DNA from: Alphaproteobacteria bacterium
GTDB taxonomy: Bacteria; Pseudomonadota; Alphaproteobacteria; MPNO01
NCBI GenBank assembly: GCA_965248835.1
Contig: CBDFLJ010000001.1
Span: forward strand, 864,001 to 928,000
DNA length: 64,000 nt
Reading direction: 5' to 3'
Each line of letters begins with the position of its first letter. Position 1 is the first letter of the stretch. The notes under the pieces were generated by a model, which did not search any database, was not told the DNA's origin, and saw nothing but the letters and a program-made list of their open reading frames with translations. The translations under genes were made by a program, and so were the position numbers. Positions 1-8,204 of this stretch are shown here, one piece after another.

Positions 1-42
1 CGCGGATCCTCCGAGCGCGGCACGGCCTGGCCCAGCGCGTAC

Positions 43-1896
43 TCACCCATCCTCGCCTCCGATCCCGGGCCGGTCGGGCGAGCTGGCATATTCCGCGATC
101 GCGGACAGGAAGGGGTCCGCGAGGTCGCGCAGCTTGGCCGCGCCGACGCCGTGGACAGCGGCGAAGGCCTCCCGGGTCAGCGGCCGGCGGCGCGCCATGT
201 CCTCGAGCGAGCGGTCGGAGAAGATCACGTAGGCCCGCACCGAACGCGCCTCGGCGAGCTTCCGCCGCAGCAGCTTGAGCGCATCCAGCAGGCCGGGTTC
301 CGGAGCGTCCTGCACCGGCGCCGGGGCGGCGGGCGCGCGGGCGGCCCGGGTCTTGGCTCGCAGCGTCTCGGCCCGGCGCCGGAAGCTGCCCTGGCCCTCG
401 AGCAACGCCCGTCCGGTCTCGGTGGTCTTGAGGCCGCGATAGCCGGCGATGTCGATCCGCAGGAGATCGGCGGCGACGAGCTGGCGGATGATCGCGCGCC
501 ATTCCTGCTGGCCGAGCGCCGCGCCGACCCCGAAGCTGGAAAGACCGTCATGGCGGGCGCCGAGGACCTTCTCGGTCGGGTTGCCGCGCAGGACATCGAT
601 GATGTGGGCCGCGCCGTAGACCTGGCCGGTGCGCATGACCGCCGAAATCGCCTTTTGCGCATCCTCGGTCGCTTCGAGCAGCGCGACGGGGTTGAGGCAG
701 AGGTCGCAATTGCCGCAGGCCTCGATCCGCTCGCCGAAATAGGCGAGCAGCGTCGCCCGACGACAGGTCGGCGCCTCGCAATAGCCGAGCAGCGCATCGA
801 GCCGCGCGTGCTCGCGCCGTTTATGCGCGTCGTCCGCGTCGCCGTCTTCGATGAACATCCGGCGCATGCGGATATCGTCGAGCCCGAAGAGCATGCACGC
901 CTGTGCCGGCTGGCTGTCGCGGCCTGCCCTGCCGATCTCCTGGTAGTAGGCCTCGATGCTGGCCGGGATGTCGGTGTGGAAGACGAACCGGACATCCGGC
1001 TTGTCGATCCCCATGCCGAAGGCGATGGTCGCGACCATCACCACCCCCGGCTCGGTGATGAACGTGTCCTGGTTCGCCGTCCGGTCGCCTGAGTCCATGC
1101 CGGCGTGGTAGGGCAGCGCGCGGACACCTTCGGCGGCCAGATCGACGGCGAACGCCTCGGCGCGCTTGCGCGACAGGCAATAGACGATCCCGCTCTCGCC
1201 CCGGTGGCGGCGCACGAAGGACAGGAGCTGCGTCCTGACGCCGGCCTTGGGCTCGACCGCGAGTTCGATGTTGGGGCGGTCGAAGCCCGAAACGAACGCC
1301 GCCGCGCCGGACGCCAGCAGCTTGGCGCGGATATCCTCGCGCGTGATCTCGTCCGCGGTCGCAGTGAAACCCGCAATCGGCACGCCCGGGAAATGTTCGC
1401 GCAAGCCGGTCAGCGCATCGTATTCGGGCCTGAAGGACGGGCCCCATTGCGAGATGCAATGGGCTTCGTCGACCGCGATCAGGCATACCGGCAGGCGGCC
1501 GAGCGCGGCCAGCATGCGCTCGGTCATCAGCCGTTCGGGCGCCATGTAGAGGAGTTTCAATTCACCGGCGGCCGCCCTTCGCCAGATGGCGATGTTCTCG
1601 GCCCGGCTGTTGCCCGAATTGATCGCATCGGCGGCGACGCCGGCGAGCTTCAGCGCGGCCACCTGATCCTGCATCAGCGCGACCAGCGGCGAGACCACGA
1701 TCGTCAGGCCGCCGCGCACCAGGGCGGGGATCTGGAAGCACAGCGACTTGCCCGACCCCGTCGGCATCACGGCCAGGACATCGCGCCCGGCAAGGAGGGT
1801 ATCGACCACCTGTTCCTGTCCGGGTCGGAAGGAATCGAATCCGAAGGCGTCCTTCAAGACCCGGTATTTCGCGCTATGGTTGATCGGCCCGTCCAT
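43..1896 (-). CDS. recQ: ATP-dependent DNA helicase RecQ
   Basis: Motif I MPTGSGKS, DEAHCISQWG, ATIAFGMGIDKPDVRFV, QEIGRAGRD, Zn-binding C..CRR..CGNCDLC, C-terminal HRDC-like domain (YVIFSDRSL). Confidence 0.96.
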   Translation of the reverse strand: MDGPINHSAKYRVLKDAFGFDSFRPGQEQVVDTLLAGRDVLAVMPTGSGKSLCFQIPALVRGGLTIVVSPLVALMQDQVAALKLAGVAADAINSGNSRAENIAIWRRAAAGELKLLYMAPERLMTERMLAALGRLPVCLIAVDEAHCISQWGPSFRPEYDALTGLREHFPGVPIAGFTATADEITREDIRAKLLASGAAAFVSGFDRPNIELAVEPKAGVRTQLLSFVRRHRGESGIVYCLSRKRAEAFAVDLAAEGVRALPYHAGMDSGDRTANQDTFITEPGVVMVATIAFGMGIDKPDVRFVFHTDIPASIEAYYQEIGRAGRDSQPAQACMLFGLDDIRMRRMFIEDGDADDAHKRREHARLDALLGYCEAPTCRRATLLAYFGERIEACGNCDLCLNPVALLEATEDAQKAISAVMRTGQVYGAAHIIDVLRGNPTEKVLGARHDGLSSFGVGAALGQQEWRAIIRQLVAADLLRIDIAGYRGLKTTETGRALLEGQGSFRRRAETLRAKTRAARAPAAPAPVQDAPEPGLLDALKLLRRKLAEARSVRAYVIFSDRSLEDMARRRPLTREAFAAVHGVGAAKLRDLADPFLSAIAEYASSPDRPGIGGEDG

Positions 1897-2012
1897 TGGC
1901 CATCATTTCGTTCGACGCATCCTGCGCGGATTCGGCGGATGGCGTCCAGTGCACGGGCTGCTAGAGTATCAGTTCGAAAAAACCTCGCGAGGGCCGATCG
2001 ATGGGCCGCAGG

Positions 2013-2345
2013 ATGGGCGTCGAGATCGAGGCCATGCGTCGGGCGCTGAAAGAGGAGCGGGACGCCCTGAAGAAGTCGAGCGCCGCGACCGCAGAGGATC
2101 GCAACCCCGTCGCGCTCGACCAGCAGACGGTAGGGCGGCTGTCGCGGATCGATGCGATCCAGGTCCAGCAGATGGCCCAGGCCACCGAAGTGCGCCGCAA
2201 GAGCCGGCTGCAGCGGATCGCCGGCGCGCTCGAGCGGATCGAGGACGGCAGCTTCGGCGCCTGCCTGGAATGCGGCGAGGACATCGCGCCGAAACGCCTG
2301 GCACTCGATCCGGCGGTGACCCACTGCATCGACTGCGCCGGCTGA
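2013..2345 (+). CDS. TraR/DksA family C4-type zinc-finger protein
   Basis: LDQQTVGRLSRIDAIQ coiled-coil tip and CLECGEDI..RL..DP....CIDC; start could be 2001 or 2013. Confidence 0.88.
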   Translation: MGVEIEAMRRALKEERDALKKSSAATAEDRNPVALDQQTVGRLSRIDAIQVQQMAQATEVRRKSRLQRIAGALERIEDGSFGACLECGEDIAPKRLALDPAVTHCIDCAG

Positions 2346-2412
2346 CGGCGGTCGGGTTTGCGCCGGTCCGGGCGCCGCGCTAGTCTTCGCGCCGCCGATT
2401 GGGGAAGCGTCG

Positions 2413-3318
2413 ATGTGCGGAATCGTTGGCCTGTTCCTGAAGAACCCGGACCTCCGCGACAGCCTGGGCGCCAGGTTCTCGACGATGCTCGAAGGCATGA
2501 CCGACCGCGGCCCGGACAGCGCCGGGCTCGCCGTCTATCGCAACCCTGTGGCCGACGGCGCGACCAAGTTCACCCTGTTCGCGGGCGATGCCGGCCATGA
2601 CTGGGACGCGCTGTGCCGGTCGGTGGCCGCCGCCGTCGGCGGCGCCTCCGAGATCGAGGTCAGGTCCAATCACGCGATCCTGCGCATCGCGGCCGGGGCG
2701 GACGACGTGCTGGCCTGGCTCGAAGCCAACGCGCCCGGCGTGCGGGTGATGGGGTATGGCAGGCTGATCGAGATCTTCAAGGACAAGGGCGTTCCGGCCG
2801 ACGTCACCAGGCGCTATGGCGTCGACGCGATGGCGGGCAGCCACGCGATCGGCCACACCCGCATGGCGACCGAGAGCGCGGTGACCACGGAGCATTCGCA
2901 CCCGTTCATCGCCGATGACGACGTGTGCCTGGTCCATAACGGCTCCCTCAGCAACCACAACCGGCTGCGGGCGTGGCTGGTCCGCCGCGGGTTGCGCTTC
3001 GAGTCCGACAACGACACCGAGGTCGCCGCGCGCTACTTCGCCTACCGCCTGGGCGAGGGGGCCAGCCTGGAAGAGGCGATGGAGGCCGGGCTCAAGGACC
3101 TCGACGGGTTCTACACCTTCGCGATGGGCACCGCCGACGGGTTCGCCGTGCTGCGCGACGGCTTCGCATGCAAGCCGGCGGTGCTGGCCGAGACCGAGGA
3201 ATGGGTGGCGATGGCTTCGGAATTCCGCTCGCTCGCCGATCTGCCGGGAATCGACAAGGCGAGGATCTGGGAGCCGGCGCCCTCGATCGTCTACACTTGG
3301 TCGCTCGGGGCGGCCTGA
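2413..3318 (+). CDS. mgsA: N-methylglutamate synthase subunit A (class II glutamine amidotransferase)
   Basis: MCGIVG N-terminus (Ntn Cys), DRGPDSAG, GHTRMATES, VHNGSLSN; first gene of the NMG cluster. Confidence 0.9.
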   Translation: MCGIVGLFLKNPDLRDSLGARFSTMLEGMTDRGPDSAGLAVYRNPVADGATKFTLFAGDAGHDWDALCRSVAAAVGGASEIEVRSNHAILRIAAGADDVLAWLEANAPGVRVMGYGRLIEIFKDKGVPADVTRRYGVDAMAGSHAIGHTRMATESAVTTEHSHPFIADDDVCLVHNGSLSNHNRLRAWLVRRGLRFESDNDTEVAARYFAYRLGEGASLEEAMEAGLKDLDGFYTFAMGTADGFAVLRDGFACKPAVLAETEEWVAMASEFRSLADLPGIDKARIWEPAPSIVYTWSLGAA

Positions 3319-4001
3319 TGGCCGATGTCGACCTGTCGGCCACCGGGGTGCGGGCGCTCAACGCGATGCTGCACGGCCTGGCGGCAGATACCGACCGGCG
3401 CGCTTGGCGCATTACGCGGCCAAGGGGCGCGCATGCGATCGCCGCCGGGCTCACCGTGCCGGTCGCCGTCGAGATCGACGGCCATGTCGGCTATTACTGC
3501 GGCGGGATGAACCAGGAGGCTTCGGTCTTCATCAACGGCCATTGCGGCACCGGGGTGGCCGAGAACATGATGTCGGGCACCGTTCGGGTGCGCGGCAACG
3601 CATCGCAATGCGCCGGCGCCTCGGGCCATGGCGGGCTGTTGGTGATCGAGGGTGATGCGGGACCGCGCTGCGGCATCTCGATGAAGGGGATCGACATCGT
3701 GGTCGGCGGCTCGGCCGGGCACATGAGCGCCTTCATGGCCCAGTCGGGCGCGCTGGTGGTGTGCGGCGATGCCGGCGACGATTTGGGCGATTCGATTTAC
3801 GAGGCGGCAGTCTATGTCGGCGGCGGGACCGGCCGGCTGGGTGCGGACTGCATCGAGAAGGCGATGACCGCCGAGCACCGCGCTCGGCTGGAGGCGCTGC
3901 TCGTGCGCGCCGAAATCGAGGCCGACCCCTCGCGCTTCCGCCGGTTCGGCTCGGCGCGCACGCTTTATCATTTCAACGTCGATCACGCGGACGCCTATTG
4001 A
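3318..4001 (+). CDS. mgsB: N-methylglutamate synthase subunit B (GXGXG/GltB-FwdC-like domain)
   Basis: GHVGYYCGGMN, GVAENMMSG, RCGISMKG; ATG at 3318 overlaps the upstream TGA (TGATG). Confidence 0.9.
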   Translation: MADVDLSATGVRALNAMLHGLAADTDRRAWRITRPRGAHAIAAGLTVPVAVEIDGHVGYYCGGMNQEASVFINGHCGTGVAENMMSGTVRVRGNASQCAGASGHGGLLVIEGDAGPRCGISMKGIDIVVGGSAGHMSAFMAQSGALVVCGDAGDDLGDSIYEAAVYVGGGTGRLGADCIEKAMTAEHRARLEALLVRAEIEADPSRFRRFGSARTLYHFNVDHADAY

Positions 4002-5326
4002 TGACCTTCGACCGCCGCACCCTGCGCCCGTCGGGCACGTTTCCCGACCATGTCCTGGCCGAGATCCACCGCGCGGCCGACCAGGGAGTGTACGAGATCC
4101 GCGGGTTCGGCGCCAAGCGCACCCTGCCCGGCTTCGACGACCTGGTCTTCCTGGGCGCGTCGATGTCGCGCTATCCTCTGGAGGGCTACCGCGAGCGCTG
4201 CGACACCGACGTGGTCCTGGGCCACCGGTTCGCCGAGAAGCCGATCGCGCTCAAGATTCCGATCACCGTCGCCGGCATGAGCTTCGGCGCGCTGGGCGCC
4301 AACGCCAAGGAGGCGATCGGCCGGGCGTGCACCGCCATGGGCACCAGCTCGACCACCGGCGACGGCGGTATGACCGAGGAGGAGCGGCAATCCTCGGAGA
4401 TCCTGGTCTACCAGGTCCTGCCTTCGCGCTACGGCATGAACCCCGACGATCTGCGCCGCGCCGATGCGATCGAGATCGTCGTCGGCCAGGGCGCCAAGCC
4501 CGGCGGCGGCGGTATGCTGCTGGGCCAGAAGATCACCGCGCGGGTCGCCCGGATGCGCGACCTGCCCGAGGGAATCGACCAGCGCAGCGCCTGCCGGCAT
4601 CCCGACTGGACCGGCCCCGACGACCTCGCGATCAAGATCCAGGAATTGCGCGAGGTCACCGCGTGGCAGAAGCCGATCTATATCAAGATCGGCGCCTCGC
4701 GGCCCCAGTTCGACGTGCCGCTGGCGGTCAAGGCGGGCGCCGACGTGATCGTGCTCGACGGCATGCAGGGCGGCACCGCGGCGACCCAGGACGTGTTCAT
4801 CGAGCATGTCGGGATCCCGACCCTGCCGGCGGTCCGACAGGCGGTCGAGGCGCTGCAGGAACTCGACATGCACCGCAAGGTCCAGCTCATCGTCTCGGGA
4901 GGAATCCGCAGCGGGGCCGATGTCGCCAAGGCGCTCGCGCTCGGGGCGGACGCGGTCTCGATCGGCTCGGCCGCGATGGTGGCGCTGGGCTGCAACCGCC
5001 CGGTCCATGTCGAGGACTACCGGGCGATCGGCGCCGAGCCCGGCTACTGCCATCACTGCCATACCGGGCTCTGCCCGGTCGGCATCACCACGCAGGACGC
5101 CGCGTTGGAAGCACGGCTCGATCCCGAGCGCGGCGCCCGCTGGCTGAAGAACTACATGAGCGCGATGGTGCTCGAGCTGCAGACTCTGGCGCGCGCCAGC
5201 GGCAAGAGCCACGTGCTCAACCTCGAGCCCGAGGACATGGTCGCATTGACCGTCGAGGCCGCGGCGATGGCAGGCGTCCCGCTCGCCGGCACCAACTGGA
5301 TACCCGGGCGCGATCACAGGGGATAG
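4001..5326 (+). CDS. mgsC: N-methylglutamate synthase subunit C (FMN-binding glutamate synthase family)
   Basis: AGMSFGAL, TTGDGG, GQGAKPGGGG, RSACRHPDW, CHHCHTGLCPVG Fe-S motif; ATG at 4001 overlaps TGA. Confidence 0.92.
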   Translation: MTFDRRTLRPSGTFPDHVLAEIHRAADQGVYEIRGFGAKRTLPGFDDLVFLGASMSRYPLEGYRERCDTDVVLGHRFAEKPIALKIPITVAGMSFGALGANAKEAIGRACTAMGTSSTTGDGGMTEEERQSSEILVYQVLPSRYGMNPDDLRRADAIEIVVGQGAKPGGGGMLLGQKITARVARMRDLPEGIDQRSACRHPDWTGPDDLAIKIQELREVTAWQKPIYIKIGASRPQFDVPLAVKAGADVIVLDGMQGGTAATQDVFIEHVGIPTLPAVRQAVEALQELDMHRKVQLIVSGGIRSGADVAKALALGADAVSIGSAAMVALGCNRPVHVEDYRAIGAEPGYCHHCHTGLCPVGITTQDAALEARLDPERGARWLKNYMSAMVLELQTLARASGKSHVLNLEPEDMVALTVEAAAMAGVPLAGTNWIPGRDHRG

Positions 5327-5335
5327 GGGGGCAAG

Positions 5336-6643
5336 ATGGCAACCGATCTCGCCGCGGTGGCGAAAGAAAAGGGAATCAAGTACTTCCTGATCAGCTTCGT
5401 CGATCTGTTCGGCGTGCTGCGCTCCAAGCTGGTGCCGGCGCGCGCGATCGCCGACATGCAAAGGGACGGCGCGGGCTTCGCCGGCTTCGCGGCGTGGCTC
5501 GACATGACCCCGGCCGATCCGGACATGTTCGCGATTCCCGATCCCGACAGCCTGATCCAGCTCCCGTGGAACCGCGAGGTCGGTTGGCTGGCTTCCGACC
5601 TGTGGATGGACGGCGCCGAGGTCGAAGCGTCGCCGCGGGTCGTGCTCAAACGCCAGATCGCGCGCGCCGCCGAACAGGGCTGGCGGATGAAGACCGGCGT
5701 GGAATGCGAGTTCTTCCTGTTGTCGAGCGATCAGGTCGCGCTGTCCGACCCGCGCGATACCCAGGACAAGCCGTGCTACGACCAGACCGCGCTGATGCGC
5801 CGCTACGACGTGATCAGCGAGATCTGCGATGCCATGATCGAGATCGGCTGGCAGCCCTACCAGAACGACCACGAGGACGCGAACGGCCAGTTCGAGATGA
5901 ACTGGGAGTATGACGACTGCCTGGTGACCGCCGATCGGCACGCGTTCTTCAAGTTCATGGTCAAGGCCGTCGCCGAGCACCACGGCTACCGCGCGACGTT
6001 CATGCCCAAGCCGTTCGCCAACCTGACCGGCAACGGCTGCCATTGCCACGTCTCGCTGTGGGACGGCGACGGCAGGACCAACCTGTTCCACGACGCGGCC
6101 GGCGAGCTCGGGCTGTCGGCGATGGCCTACAGCTTCCTCGGCGGGATCATCCATTCCGCCGATGCGCTGTGCGCGCTGTTCAACCCCTCGGTCAACAGCT
6201 ACAAGCGGATCGATGCGACGGTGACGCTGTCCGGCGCCACCTGGTCGCCCAACGCGATCAGCTATTCCGGCAACAACCGCACCCACATGGTGCGGATCCC
6301 CGACGAGGGAAGGTTCGAGCTGCGCTTGATGGACGGTTCCGCCAACCCGTACCTGCTGCAGGCGGGCGTGCTGGCTGCCGGGCTCGACGGCATCGAGAAC
6401 GGCCGCGACCCGGGCAAGCGGCTGGACATCAACATGTACACCGAGGGCGACCGGCTGCGCCGTATCCGTCGGCTGCCGCTCAACCTGCTCGATGCGCTCC
6501 GGCTGTTCGACAAATCCCGCGTCGCGCGCGACGGTCTGGGCGAGGGGTTCGTGTCCAGCTACGTCAAGCTCAAGCTCGACGAGTGGCGCAGCTATTCGAC
6601 CACGCTCTCGCAGTGGGAGCTCGACCACACGCTGGATACCTGA
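5336..6643 (+). CDS. gmaS: gamma-glutamylmethylamide synthetase (GlnT-like glutamine synthetase family)
   Basis: GAGFAGFAAWLD, KPCYDQ, DHEDANGQFEMN, TFMPKPF, SGATWSP, NNRTHMVR; lies between mgs and mgd genes. Confidence 0.9.
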   Translation: MATDLAAVAKEKGIKYFLISFVDLFGVLRSKLVPARAIADMQRDGAGFAGFAAWLDMTPADPDMFAIPDPDSLIQLPWNREVGWLASDLWMDGAEVEASPRVVLKRQIARAAEQGWRMKTGVECEFFLLSSDQVALSDPRDTQDKPCYDQTALMRRYDVISEICDAMIEIGWQPYQNDHEDANGQFEMNWEYDDCLVTADRHAFFKFMVKAVAEHHGYRATFMPKPFANLTGNGCHCHVSLWDGDGRTNLFHDAAGELGLSAMAYSFLGGIIHSADALCALFNPSVNSYKRIDATVTLSGATWSPNAISYSGNNRTHMVRIPDEGRFELRLMDGSANPYLLQAGVLAAGLDGIENGRDPGKRLDINMYTEGDRLRRIRRLPLNLLDALRLFDKSRVARDGLGEGFVSSYVKLKLDEWRSYSTTLSQWELDHTLDT

Positions 6644-6656
6644 CGCGCACCGTCGA

Positions 6657-7898
6657 ATGCCGTTCGGCCTGCTCAAGCTCGGCCTCAGGGGCAAACGGCC
6701 GCCCAGGCGGGCCTTGCCCCCGGCGCGCCCGCTCAAGCCGCGCTACGACGTGGTGATCATCGGCGGCGGCGGGCACGGGCTCGCGACCGCCTACTACCTC
6801 GCCCGCGATCACGGCATCACCGACATCGCGGTGCTGGAAAAGGGCTATCTGGGCGGCGGCAATACCGCGCGCAATACCGCCATCATCCGCTCGAACTACC
6901 TGACGCCGGAGGGTGTGGCGTTCTACGACGAGTCGATCAGGCTCTATCGCGACCTTTCGGGCGAGCTCGACTTCAACATCATGTATACCGAGCGCGGCCA
7001 CCTGACGCTTGCCCACACCGACGCCACGCTCAGGACGATGCGCTGGCGGGCGGAGGTGAACAAGCATATGGGGGTGGACTCCGAAGTCGTCGGGCTCGAC
7101 GCGCTGCGCGAGATCGTCCCGCCGCTCAATCTCGACACCGCCGCGCGCCACCCGATCCTGGGCGCGCTCTACCACAAGCCCGGCGCGATCGCGCGCCATG
7201 ACGCGGTGGCCTGGGGCTACGCCATCGCCGCCGCGCGGCGCGGCGTCGAGATCCATCAGAAGACCGAGGTGACCGGGATCGTCCAGGAGTCGGGTCGCGT
7301 CGTCGGTGTCGAGACGACCGCCGGGCGCATCGCCTGCGGCCGGGTGCTCCAGGCGGTTGCCGGATCGAGCACGCTGCTGGCCGAGATGGCCGGCTTCGCG
7401 CTGCCGATCCACACCGTACCGCTGCAGGCTTGCGTGACCCAGCCGCTGAAGCCGTTCCTCGACCCGATCGTGGTCTCGGGCAGCCTGCACGTCTACGTCT
7501 CCCAGACCCCGCGCGGCGAACTCGTGATGGGCGGCGCGACCGACCCGTATGCGCTCTATTCCCAGCGCTGCTCGCTCGCGTTCCTGGAAGGGTTGGCCGC
7601 GCCGATGCTCGAGCTGTTCCCGTTCCTGGCCGAGGTGAAGGTGCTGCGCCAGTGGGCCGGGCTCGCCGACATGACGCCCGATTTCAGCCCGGTGATGGGC
7701 GAGACTCCGCTCGGCGGCTACTACATCGATGCCGGCTGGGGCACCTGGGGTTTCAAGGCCACACCGGTCTGCGGCAAGCGCATGGCCGAGACCATCGCCA
7801 CCGGCAAAGTGCCGCCGTTGATCGCGCCCTTCGCGCTGGACCGGTTCGCCGCCTTCGCCCAGATCGGCGAGCGCGGCGCCTCTTCCGTCGGGCACTGA
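6657..7898 (+). CDS. mgdA: N-methylglutamate dehydrogenase subunit A (SoxB-like FAD subunit)
   Basis: IIGGGGHGLA, GGNTARNTAIIRSNY, ARHDAVAWGY, GWGTWGFKATP. Confidence 0.88.
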   Translation: MPFGLLKLGLRGKRPPRRALPPARPLKPRYDVVIIGGGGHGLATAYYLARDHGITDIAVLEKGYLGGGNTARNTAIIRSNYLTPEGVAFYDESIRLYRDLSGELDFNIMYTERGHLTLAHTDATLRTMRWRAEVNKHMGVDSEVVGLDALREIVPPLNLDTAARHPILGALYHKPGAIARHDAVAWGYAIAAARRGVEIHQKTEVTGIVQESGRVVGVETTAGRIACGRVLQAVAGSSTLLAEMAGFALPIHTVPLQACVTQPLKPFLDPIVVSGSLHVYVSQTPRGELVMGGATDPYALYSQRCSLAFLEGLAAPMLELFPFLAEVKVLRQWAGLADMTPDFSPVMGETPLGGYYIDAGWGTWGFKATPVCGKRMAETIATGKVPPLIAPFALDRFAAFAQIGERGASSVGH

Positions 7899-7907
7899 GG
7901 GCCGGCA

Positions 7908-8204
7908 ATGAAAATCATGCCCTGCCCGCTCAACGGCCCGCGCAACATCGCGGAGTTCGTCTGCGGCGGCGAGGTCGAGGCGATGCCGGACCCGGCTTCC
8001 GCCGCGGACGCGGAATGGACCGATTACGTCTTCATGCACCGCAACCGCCGCGGCGTGGTGCGCGAATGGTGGTTCCACACGGCCACGGCCTACTGGTTCA
8101 TCGCCGAACGCGATACCGCGACCGACGAGATCCTGAAAACCTATCCGGCAAGCGCGCTGTTCGCCGAGCGCCGATCCTTCGACCCGCCCGGCGGTGGGCC
8201 GTGA
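7908..8204 (+). CDS. mgdB: N-methylglutamate dehydrogenase subunit B (SoxD-like)
   Basis: CPLNGPRNIAEF, EWWFH...YWFIAERDT. Confidence 0.88.
   Translation: MKIMPCPLNGPRNIAEFVCGGEVEAMPDPASAADAEWTDYVFMHRNRRGVVREWWFHTATAYWFIAERDTATDEILKTYPASALFAERRSFDPPGGGP

Noticed and set aside
3995-6736. Long antisense ORFs (913 aa here; also 27272-29161, 35670-37547, 40041-42683, 42313-44469, 58063-60294)
   Set aside because: Shadow frames of well-supported genes in high-GC DNA, with no recognisable motifs.
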